Positions 1 through 7,739 of a DNA stretch of 64,000 nucleotides are shown here, one piece after another. Numbering within the stretch: the stretch's first letter is position 1; each line of letters begins with the position of its first letter. The stretch is from Actinomycetota bacterium (GTDB taxonomy: Bacteria > Actinomycetota > UBA4738 > JBBDHU01), in NCBI GenBank assembly GCA_040880705.1, contig JBBDHU010000001.1, forward strand, positions 417,408 to 481,407, read 5' to 3'. The notes below the pieces were generated by a model. That model saw only the letters and a list, made by a program, of their open reading frames with translations, did not search any database and was not told where the DNA came from. The translations under genes were made by a program, and so were the position numbers.

Positions 1-325
1 CCAAATCGGTCGCCATGCGCGACACTATGCAGATCTGTTCACCTTGGCAGGAACACCCGAGGTGAAAAACATGCTTTCCTCCGACGAGTTCAAGGAAATC
101 CGTTTGGACTACGACGAGAAGAGCAGACGTTTCTACCCGAAATTCTACCGTCCTCCTGATGACCTGTCCTTCCGAGACAGCCCGGCTCTATTCCCTTCCG
201 ATGATCTGCGCGCCCAACTGGCGGGCGACTATGAGAAGGAGTGCTCGCGACTATTCTCTGGTGGAGATTACCCTGCGTTTGACGCTGTCCTCGCTCGGTT
301 ACAGGAAACGAGAGACCTGCTCTAA
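1..325 (+). CDS. 3' end of a hypothetical protein; the start lies upstream of the window
   Basis: ORF-track entry 44..325 starts at a TTG. The same frame has no stop back to base 2. No recognisable motif. Stop codon at 323-325. Confidence 0.3.
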   Translation, partial: QIGRHARHYADLFTLAGTPEVKNMLSSDEFKEIRLDYDEKSRRFYPKFYRPPDDLSFRDSPALFPSDDLRAQLAGDYEKECSRLFSGGDYPAFDAVLARLQETRDLL

Positions 326-524
326 CGGGAATTTGCTTATCGAAAGTCTGAGACAGCCCCCCGACATCTTTCGGCCGCGCTGGATCGACCGGGTTAAGCC
401 TCCCAGGATTGCCTTGCTCGTTCCTCCAGCACTTCTCGACACTTGACCCATTCTGTGACCGTGGCTCGCCTCCTCCTGCCCTCCGCGCACTCGCTGGGGT
501 GATTCCGGACGAAATGCTGGCGGT

Positions 525-1685
525 TCACACGCTGACACAACGGGTGCGTGAGATCCCCCTACCTCTTCCTTTCTGTTGGGACTCCTTGGCCGATTCCGGT
601 GCGAACAGCTGATCCAGGACAGATGGCCAAGTGAGCGTTACGTCAAGGCTCGCGGTAAGGCGTTCCCACCTTGCGTCGGTCGGGCGTGACTGCACTGCCA
701 GGATGCCGCGAATGCTGTGGTATCCGCGCTCCGAAAGTTGAGCGCGGTAGTCCAGAATCTGTCCAAGGCCCAGCCTCAGTTGCTTGGTCTGATTTCGTCT
801 GGAAAGGCTCTTCACTTCGACGCAGTTGAGGCAACCCTCGGAGATCCAACCGATATCAAACTCTACTCCACCCCTCACCCGAATTGGACTGTGACCGTGC
901 GCCCGGATGGTCCGCTCGATTTCCCGTTCGATGCGCTTATGAGCCGCTGTTGCGCGGTCAAGCTTGTCGGGATCAACGGTCCAAGGATCTCTACGCTGGC
1001 CAGGGGGCGAGGTAGACGGGCTGTAAGGAACGGCGCGCAAGGATGAAGTCTTTGCTACATCGTCGGGAAGAGCTGCCACCAGTTCGTAACCAGTCCTTGC
1101 AAGGGTCCGGGCGTAATCGAGTTTGGCGGGCAATTCCCGAATCGGAAGCCGCGCGTAGTCGGGTCCTAGCGCGATCGTGGAATTCCTGAAGAGTTCGAGC
1201 TCCCCTCGATGGAAGAACTGGAGACTCTTCCCAGGATAGATGTACAGGAATCGATCAGCCGGCTTGGTTGAGCCACGATGGAAGACTATTCCTCGCTGCT
1301 TAGTCGGCCTTTTTGCGTACCTGACCTGAGACCACCCGAGAATGGTTTCGATCAGAGAATTGAGCGCCGCACGCACGTTCGGATTCGCTACGGTATCGAC
1401 AAGTTCCTGAGATTGTCGAGGCAGTAGTTCTTGGGGTTTTCCGCGATCTATGAACCACCACCGCCCGTTCTCGCGACGTTGGCCCGTTATCTCACCCTTG
1501 CGAAGAATATACCTAAGGGGGAGGCCTGGCCGGTCGCGTGAGTCCCGAAGAATTCCGGCGGAATCGAGCCACCGCGCTGCCTCGACCGCCCGAACGGAGT
1601 CCAAATCCCGACGGCGAAGCTCCGCCTGAAGAAATGCGTTGATTCGATCCACGTTCGGGTCTCGCCCCTGACGCTTGGCTGTCAT
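525..1685 (-). CDS. PD-(D/E)XK (restriction-endonuclease-fold) nuclease-like protein, DUF3883/NOV-C-like C-terminal domain
   Basis: C-terminal motif FDIGW...LNCVEVKS...GLGQILDY matches the D...E-V-K signature of PD-(D/E)XK nucleases. The ATG at 1685 overlaps the upstream gene's stop (ATGA). The Arg/Pro-rich N-terminal extension in ORF-track entry 525..2063 is discarded. Confidence 0.6.
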   Translation of the reverse strand: MTAKRQGRDPNVDRINAFLQAELRRRDLDSVRAVEAARWLDSAGILRDSRDRPGLPLRYILRKGEITGQRRENGRWWFIDRGKPQELLPRQSQELVDTVANPNVRAALNSLIETILGWSQVRYAKRPTKQRGIVFHRGSTKPADRFLYIYPGKSLQFFHRGELELFRNSTIALGPDYARLPIRELPAKLDYARTLARTGYELVAALPDDVAKTSSLRAVPYSPSTSPPGQRRDPWTVDPDKLDRATAAHKRIEREIERTIRAHGHSPIRVRGGVEFDIGWISEGCLNCVEVKSLSRRNQTKQLRLGLGQILDYRAQLSERGYHSIRGILAVQSRPTDARWERLTASLDVTLTWPSVLDQLFAPESAKESQQKGRGRGISRTRCVSV

Positions 1686-3208
1686 TCCACCGAGTCGGCT
1701 CTCGGGATCAACTTCGGGCACCATGCGGTAAGGGGGCATGCGGGGCATTCGGGGCCGGTCGGATGACACCAGCCGACGCCGATGCGCCAAGCGGGAAGAT
1801 CGAGCTCGCCTGGGCGCTGGGGATGTAGCTCGCGCGCCACCGCGATCATTTGCGTGGGGTCGTCCCGCTCCGCCAGGCCGGTTCGCAGGAACACTCGCCG
1901 GATATGGATGTCGTAGGCGATGTCGCTTCCTTGCTGCTCGCGGACCGTGAGCTTTCGTTCGCGCATGAGAAGCTCCACGGCCATCGCGGCCTTCTTCTGG
2001 CCGATGCCGGGGAAGCGCTTCAACCGTGTCTGTAATTCGTCTGCGGTCGGTTGATCGTTCCAAATATTGCCGGCATCGCCCTCATACTCCTCGATGACGA
2101 TTCGCGCCGCGGCCACGAGCCAACCCGGAACGTTGTTCACGTACCTATGAAGGGCGGGCGGTTGTTTGACCGCTCTCAGCACGGCATCCGGATCGGCAGC
2201 GATCCTCTCGGGATCGAGGTAGCCGAGCCGTTGTTTCAGCAGATACGGCCCTTGCCAGGCGCGTTCGTACGGGATCCCCTGATCGAAGATGACCGACAGC
2301 AGGAAGGCGAAGTCGTCGCTCAAGACGAGAGCGTTCGCCTCGGGGTGCGACGTGAGGGCGGGCGCCTTGTCCTGTTCCGACCGGTCGAAATCGAGGAGCG
2401 CCTTCACGATCGCCTGCTTGTCGACGTGGACGGGCGGCTGGGGGGTGGGTTGTATGTGTGGCGCCTCCGCGGGAGCGGGTAGTTGTTCCAGTCGTCCCGT
2501 GAACCCGCGATCGGTGTACCAGGCGAGTTGCTCACCAAATCTCAGCCCCTCGAGGGGCCGGACTATCTCGGCGCCTTCCTTACGAAGACGGGATCCGATC
2601 GGCGTGACGTACTCGTCGCCTGCGTGTATCTCGAAAGCCTTTCCCTTCAGTTCCCCGAAGCGCTGCCGAAGAGCGGAGGTCACCCCTTCGCCCCACGAGA
2701 GCCGTTCAGGTCCGCGGAGCTTCACCATCTCGACGTCGTAGGGTTCGATCGATTCGTCGGGATCGATCAAGCCGTACTTGGCGCTCAGGATCAGCCAACG
2801 GAGGCCGCTCGCCTCGGCGTACGCGCGCCGCTTTCGCCACAGATCGGAGATGTACAGGTCCTTCGCTGCCGCAGCGACTGGTCCCTTCGTCGACACGCAG
2901 CCGAGGAGAATGGCTGCCGGTGCCCGACCGGGGTCCGGGATTGCCTTCGGGCTTGGCAGCGCGGTCGCGGTCCCGACACGTACGAACACGATCGTGCCTG
3001 TTGGAACGCCCGCCGCGGTTGTGTTGTAGCCGGCCTCCCGCCAGGCGCGCGAGTAGAGGTTTTGTTCCGAGTTCGACCAGAACTGCCGATGTTCGCGCGC
3101 GCTCTCCGGGAGCCGCTCACCGATGATCCCCTCGATCCGACGGAGGGTGAGTTCCAGGCGGCCCTCTTTGGAGTTCCTTAGGAAATCGGTCAGAGGCCGC
3201 AGCCGCAT
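1682..3208 (-). CDS. Fusion protein: uncharacterised N-terminal domain (about 280 aa, possibly Rossmann-like) plus C-terminal endonuclease III-like HhH-GPD DNA glycosylase with an Fe-S cluster loop
   Basis: HhH motif FPGIGQKKAAMAVELL. DIAYDIHIRRVFLRTGL aligns with the EndoIII catalytic-Asp segment (VDTHIFRV). C-terminal CHPTGPECPACPLTAWC has C-X6-C-X2-C-X5-C spacing. Stop at 1682. Start chosen at the ATG at 3208; the alternative at 3316 would overlap the divergent DUF3800 gene. Confidence 0.6.
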   Translation of the reverse strand: MRLRPLTDFLRNSKEGRLELTLRRIEGIIGERLPESAREHRQFWSNSEQNLYSRAWREAGYNTTAAGVPTGTIVFVRVGTATALPSPKAIPDPGRAPAAILLGCVSTKGPVAAAAKDLYISDLWRKRRAYAEASGLRWLILSAKYGLIDPDESIEPYDVEMVKLRGPERLSWGEGVTSALRQRFGELKGKAFEIHAGDEYVTPIGSRLRKEGAEIVRPLEGLRFGEQLAWYTDRGFTGRLEQLPAPAEAPHIQPTPQPPVHVDKQAIVKALLDFDRSEQDKAPALTSHPEANALVLSDDFAFLLSVIFDQGIPYERAWQGPYLLKQRLGYLDPERIAADPDAVLRAVKQPPALHRYVNNVPGWLVAAARIVIEEYEGDAGNIWNDQPTADELQTRLKRFPGIGQKKAAMAVELLMRERKLTVREQQGSDIAYDIHIRRVFLRTGLAERDDPTQMIAVARELHPQRPGELDLPAWRIGVGWCHPTGPECPACPLTAWCPKLIPRADSVE

Positions 3209-3295
3209 TCCTCGATCGTAGCGGTGAGGGCAAGGCGAGCGCCAACCAACCGCGGAGTCCGCGATGTTGTCGTAGGTCCGGGATAGCCTCGCCCG

Positions 3296-4093
3296 ATGAG
3301 AGGCGACCTCTGGCACGCTTATGTCGACGAGAGTGGAGATCGTGGCTGGCGCCCTCGACCGGATGATCTGGAGCCGGGTCAGCGCCGGGGATCATCACGA
3401 ATATTCTCGCTGACGGCCATCCTGCTTCCCGACGGGAGCCAGACGCAGTATCTCGAGCAATGGATGCGCGTCGGTATCCAAATCGGTAGGCGCCCTTCGG
3501 ATGTTATCCACTGGCAGAATGTGCGGGCTCCAGGGCAGAGGAAGCTACTGAGCTCGGTAGTAGCAGGTATGCCCGGCATTCAGGTCATCAGCGTCGTCCT
3601 ATGCAAGTGGCATCTGCCCAATGCGGAAGCACTAAGAGATCCCGGGCGACTCTACAACTGGACGCTCAGATTGCTGATCGAAAGGCTGTCATGGTTCGGC
3701 GAGAGAAATCAGGTACGAGTGGCTTCGACCTTCTCGCAGGTAAAGGGCATGCCGCCGGAGAGACTCCAGTCGTATCTACTTAGGCTGCGTGACATAGAAA
3801 CGCAAATCAGTTGGCCGTTCCTGAAACTTCCACCGCGCATCGACACTCCGGCCAACCGCCATATGCTTCAGATAGCCGATACGGCGAGTGGAGCTGTGTA
3901 TGCGGCCTTCGAATGGGACGATTACGGCTTCACGGAGCAGTCGTATCTCCAGCTCCTTCGTCCCGCTTTGTGGCGACGATCCGGCCGACCTCTGTGGAAG
4001 GACGGATTGAAGTATGGGCCTTGGCCCAACGAAGGTTGTCTTGCCGAACACGGGTGGTTCGACGATTTCTGCCAAGGAGGGGATTCAGAATGA
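3296..4093 (+). CDS. DUF3800 family protein
   Basis: N-terminal YVDESGD motif typical of DUF3800. Coherent 265-aa ORF. Confidence 0.55.
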   Translation: MRGDLWHAYVDESGDRGWRPRPDDLEPGQRRGSSRIFSLTAILLPDGSQTQYLEQWMRVGIQIGRRPSDVIHWQNVRAPGQRKLLSSVVAGMPGIQVISVVLCKWHLPNAEALRDPGRLYNWTLRLLIERLSWFGERNQVRVASTFSQVKGMPPERLQSYLLRLRDIETQISWPFLKLPPRIDTPANRHMLQIADTASGAVYAAFEWDDYGFTEQSYLQLLRPALWRRSGRPLWKDGLKYGPWPNEGCLAEHGWFDDFCQGGDSE

Positions 4094-4865
4094 AAAAAGG
4101 CCCAGGCCGTCGTCCGCACTCGGCGGTGTCACCGTTTCCGGCGACTGACGGTTGACCCTGAACCTGAATGCATTCTAGCGGAACCGAACGACAATTACGA
4201 GCACCCATTCAACTAAAGGCTAAGAGACCGGAACCTGGGATCGGAGCAGGTGTTCGCGAAGCTGCGGCTGACGGACACGCTCATTGCCGAGGCGGAGCGG
4301 GACTCCGCTCTCCTGCGCCGAAAGGGTCGCCTGATGCAGGCGGCCATGGCCGCGATGACCACGGCCATCTTGATCACTGTGCTGGGCACGGGGCTAAGAT
4401 GACCGCGGAGGAGCCGATGGATCGAACCCCCGGACAACCAGTGGGCAGTTCCGGCAACACCGGCGTGCCGCAGGAGGAGAAGCCCCCGCCCTTCGATCCC
4501 GACTGGGATCTCATCACCTTCCTCGAGGGCGGATCCAAAAGAGCGGTCGCGAGGTGGCTCCGCAGGGCGGAGCCCAGACCTACCTGAGGCGTCGCCGGAC
4601 GGGGAAGGACTCCAAGATGGCGGCCGGGAGCGCGCTGAGCCAGCGCGGGCGCTCGCGGCGACGGAAGTTCAAGTAGGAGATTCGACAACTAGCGTCTCGT
4701 CGATCGACTCTTGCCTGCGAGGCGAGCCTAGCCCAGCCATGTCCTATGCGAGTGTTAACGTCGCGCTCGGAAGGCAACCCCGTCGCGCTGCCCGCCGGCG
4801 GGTGGTGTCCTACATTGAAGCCGGGAACGATGCCTGGCTATGATGACGAGAGAAGGGGGAACCTG

Positions 4866-4997
4866 ATGACGAAGCCCACGCCCAAGCGGGGTCGAAAGAA
4901 GAGCACGAGAGTGATCCGGACTTCGGGCAAGCGCGCAAGCGTGTCGAGGAAGGTTATCCGACAAGCCATTTCCCGTGTCACAAAGAAGAGCGCCTGA
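4866..4997 (+). CDS. Very basic 43-aa protein (copy 1), partner of the downstream TIR-like protein
   Basis: MTKPTPKRGRKKSTRVIRTSGKRASVSRKVIRQAISRVTKKSA. RBS-like AGAAGGGGGAA upstream. A paralog at 7177..7308 differs mainly by synonymous or conservative changes. Confidence 0.45.
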   Translation: MTKPTPKRGRKKSTRVIRTSGKRASVSRKVIRQAISRVTKKSA

Positions 4998-5616
4998 CGT
5001 TCAAGCCCTCCCCGCCCGATACAACGACAACGTTTTCATCAACTGTCCCTTCGACGAGAAGTACCGTCCCTTCTTCCGGGCAATGGTCTTCACCATTTAC
5101 GACGCGGGATTCGTCGCGCGTTGCGCTCTGGAGGTGAGCGACGCTACCCAGAACCGCCTCCAGAAGATCATGGGGATCGTCGCTGAGTGCCGTTATGGCA
5201 TTCACGACGTCTCCCGTACCGCCCTCGGCCCGAATCGACTCCCCCGATTCAACATGCCGATGGAACTCGGAATCTTCCTGGGATCGAAAGAGTTCGGCGT
5301 CGACCACCATCGGCGAAAAGCTTGCCTGATTCTCGATACTAGGCAATACAGGTACCAGAAGTTCATTTCCGACATCGCAGGGCAGGATGTTCATGCGCAC
5401 AAGGGCAGCGTCCATGAATCGGTTGTGATCGTTCGCGACTGGCTCAGGACTGCATCCCACAGGACTCGTGTGCCGGGGGGAGAAAGGATCTGGGGCCGCT
5501 ATCAGAAGTTTCGCCGAAAACTGCCCGAAATCTGCCGGGAAACCGGACTGCGACACAAGACGCTGGCCTTCCTCGATTACACGGCTCTCGTCGAGGAGTG
5601 GCTGCTGAAGACCTAG
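4975..5616 (+). CDS. TIR-like / DUF4062-like (flavodoxin-fold) domain protein, copy 1, intact
   Basis: N-terminal NVFINCPFDEKY resembles the VFIS(Y/S)x(D/E) beta-A strand of TIR/DUF4062 domains. Later MPMELG may carry the acidic catalytic residue. The GTG start at 4975 overlaps the small upstream ORF by 23 nt in another frame. Confidence 0.45.
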   Translation: MSQRRAPDVQALPARYNDNVFINCPFDEKYRPFFRAMVFTIYDAGFVARCALEVSDATQNRLQKIMGIVAECRYGIHDVSRTALGPNRLPRFNMPMELGIFLGSKEFGVDHHRRKACLILDTRQYRYQKFISDIAGQDVHAHKGSVHESVVIVRDWLRTASHRTRVPGGERIWGRYQKFRRKLPEICRETGLRHKTLAFLDYTALVEEWLLKT

Positions 5617-5682
5617 GCTTAGAACTCTCCCGGGGGCGCTGTCGCCGGAACCATTCTCTGCATCGCGGCATAGAGTTGAGGA

Positions 5683-6468
5683 GTGCCCCGACTCGTCCCC
5701 GTGCTTGTGCTCGTTGTGCTGGCGGCGTGCGCGCCGCGTTCCTCTCCGGAGTCTTCGGAGGCGCCTTCGGAGGGCCTGCCGTCCGTCGACACCCGGGCCG
5801 ACAAGCCGGCGCCGGCTTCCCCGTCGCCGCGCCCGGAAAAGCACGATAAGAAGGAGGAGCGCGCAACCGAGCGGCGGCCGTCGGGCCGCCGGGTCCTCGT
5901 CACTCGCGTCATAGACGGCGACACCATCGAGGTTCGACTCGGCGGACGAATCGTCGACATCCGTCTGATCGGCGTCGACACGCCCGAGACCGTCGCGCCC
6001 GGCCAGCCGGTCGCTTGCTACGGACCCGAGGCTTCGCGGTTCACCGGCCGCGCGCTCGAGGGCTCGAGGGTGCGTCTCACCTACGACGCGGAGCGCCGCG
6101 ATCGCTACGGGCGAACGCTCGCCTATGCGTTCCGCGGCGGGCGGATGTTCAACATGGCCCTGGTGTCGCGCGGGTTCGCAACGGTCGAGATTTATCCGCC
6201 GAACGACCGCTACGCCCCGCGCCTGTACGCCGCCGAGCGCTCCGCCCGCGCGCGCGGCAAAGGGCTGTGGCACGCCTGCCGCGACGGCGGAGGCCAGAAC
6301 AAGCCGAAGACATCAGGCGGATGCGATCGCTCGTACCCGGCGGTCTGCATCCCGCCGCCGCCCCCCGACCTCGACTGCGACGACGTGAAGGCCCACCGCT
6401 TCAGGGTTCGCGGCTCCGATCCGCATTACTTCGACGGCGACCGCGACGGAGTCGGCTGCGAGACCTGA
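5683..6468 (+). CDS. Thermonuclease (staphylococcal-nuclease-like) lipoprotein with C-terminal Excalibur calcium-binding domain
   Basis: Signal peptide plus lipobox LAAC. SNase-like core (RVIDGDTIEV...IGVDTPE...RYGRTLAY). C-terminal DCDD...DPHYFDGDRDGVGCE Excalibur motif. Confidence 0.8.
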   Translation: MPRLVPVLVLVVLAACAPRSSPESSEAPSEGLPSVDTRADKPAPASPSPRPEKHDKKEERATERRPSGRRVLVTRVIDGDTIEVRLGGRIVDIRLIGVDTPETVAPGQPVACYGPEASRFTGRALEGSRVRLTYDAERRDRYGRTLAYAFRGGRMFNMALVSRGFATVEIYPPNDRYAPRLYAAERSARARGKGLWHACRDGGGQNKPKTSGGCDRSYPAVCIPPPPPDLDCDDVKAHRFRVRGSDPHYFDGDRDGVGCET

Positions 6469-6527
6469 ATGTCGTAGACGGGTGATAGCTTCACGCGGAC
6501 TCTCCCCGTTCGATCCTGGGAGGTAGC

Positions 6528-6815
6528 ATGAGATTCCGAACCAATCGAGGGAGTCCTGTGGGAGATCGGACCCGGAGTCCGGAGGAGGTCCTGAAGGAGT
6601 TCCTGGAACGGGTGTCCTCGATCGAGGAGCAACTCGGGGAGCTGAGGCGCGAGATCTCGCTCCACTTGCGGGCGCGCGAGATCTCCGAGGATTCAGAAAT
6701 CAGGCGGCTCGCCGATGAGGGGGTCCGCCAGCACGACTCGGGACGGCTTGCATCCGGCCCCTCCGACGCAGGGGACTGGGCCGAACACTTCAAGGGGAGA
6801 GACGCGCAGAAGTAG
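6528..6815 (+). CDS. Putative antitoxin (coiled-coil small protein) of a ParE/RelE-type pair
   Basis: Small ORF immediately upstream of a RelE/ParE-like gene. An internal GTG is a possible true start. No specific motif. Confidence 0.35.
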   Translation: MRFRTNRGSPVGDRTRSPEEVLKEFLERVSSIEEQLGELRREISLHLRAREISEDSEIRRLADEGVRQHDSGRLASGPSDAGDWAEHFKGRDAQK

Positions 6816-6827
6816 TCCGGCCCGGTC

Positions 6828-7091
6828 TTGTACCGCCTTCGTCTCTCGAAGCCGGCCGAACGCTGGCTGGAAGACCAACCCGATCATGCCTATCGCGTTG
6901 AAGTCCTGGATGGAATTGGTGCGCTTTGCGAGGCTGCCGAGGACCCGATCGGCGCTCGCATCCCCGGGTTCGAGCCTCCGGCTTTCTTGGCTTTCCTAGG
7001 AGAATCGGATGTGGCGGCAACCTATGTCGTTTTCCACGGGACGCGAGACCTTCTGGTGTTGACCCTCGAACGGCGCCCCGATTTCCTCTGA
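6828..7091 (+). CDS. RelE/ParE family toxin
   Basis: N-terminal MYRLRLSKPAERWL and C-terminal ...ATYVVFHGTRDLLVLTLERR follow the RelE/ParE pattern. Confidence 0.5.
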   Translation: MYRLRLSKPAERWLEDQPDHAYRVEVLDGIGALCEAAEDPIGARIPGFEPPAFLAFLGESDVAATYVVFHGTRDLLVLTLERRPDFL

Positions 7092-7176
7092 GCCCGCGCT
7101 TGCCTCAGAAGCGTCATTGCCCGGTGCTAGAGTTCAGTTGAGCCGCTCGATGCGATGGGACTTCGAAGGAGGGAGT

Positions 7177-7308
7177 ATGAGCAAGTCCGCGACCACGAAA
7201 ACCTCGAAGGGCAGCGCGCGAGTGATTCGGACTTCGGGTAAGAAAGCCAGCGTTTCGCGCAAGGTCATGCGACGGGCCGTATCCCGTGCCTCGAAGAAGA
7301 GCGCCTGA
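7177..7308 (+). CDS. Very basic 43-aa protein (copy 2)
   Basis: MSKSATTKTSKGSARVIRTSGKKASVSRKVMRRAVSRASKKSA. GGAGGGAG RBS 5 nt upstream. Paralog of 4866..4997. Confidence 0.45.
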   Translation: MSKSATTKTSKGSARVIRTSGKKASVSRKVMRRAVSRASKKSA

Positions 7309-7554
7309 GAATCAGCCCCTCCCCGCACGGTACGACGACAACGTCTTCATTAACTGCCCGTTTGACGAGAAGTACCGGCGGTTCTTCCGGGCGGTTACCT
7401 TCACGATCCACGACGCTGGCTTCGTCGCTCGCTGTGCATTAGAGATAAGCCACGGAACCCAGAACCGCCTAGACAGGATCATGGGGATCGTTTCCGAGTG
7501 GTTCTTGATTACACGCTGGCCATAGAGGAGTGGTTGGTCCGGAACCCTACCTAG
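7286..7554 (+). pseudogene. Internally deleted and frameshifted copy of the TIR-like protein gene (copy 2)
   Basis: The first 62 aa are collinear with 4975..5616, then the frame ends at 7525. The +1 frame directly downstream encodes FLDYTLAIEEWLVRNPT, matching the C-terminus (FLDYTALVEEWLLKT) of copy 1. This implies loss of about 130 codons. Confidence 0.5.
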
Positions 7555-7739
7555 CCCAAGTGCGAGCGCTCGCCGACGAGTACCGGCCGGATCGCCGCGC
7601 AGCGTTATCTAGAGGCCGGTGAGAGCTTCCTTCGGCGACGAGGTACCGCCTCCAGCCGCAGCCCGACCGCGTCGGCCGCGGCGACAGGGGTGTTCACGGT
7701 TGGATTTGGTTCGGAAGTCGTGAGAAGTCGCCGTCAAGA

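Noticed and set aside
525-2063. Full-length 512-aa version of the nuclease ORF, and 3316 start for the glycosylase fusion
   Set aside because: The N-terminal 126 codons are Arg/Pro-rich and overlap the upstream gene's 3' end. The internal ATG at 1685 forms an ATGA junction with the upstream stop. For the glycosylase, the longer start would overlap the divergent DUF3800 start by 21 nt.
4232-4390. Possible small plus-strand ORF (…LGSEQVFAKLRLTDTLIAEAERDSALLRRKGRLMQAAMAAMTTAILITVLGTGLR)
   Set aside because: Reads protein-like but has no ATG. The only candidate initiator is an internal GTG and there is no RBS. It lies in a 750-bp region with several overlapping weak ORFs. Left unannotated.
4978-6273. 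431-aa minus-strand ORF (and nested 5444..5866, 5619..5981)
   Set aside because: Antisense to the TIR-like and thermonuclease genes. Extremely Arg/Ala/Gly-rich, as expected for GC-rich antisense frames. No motifs.
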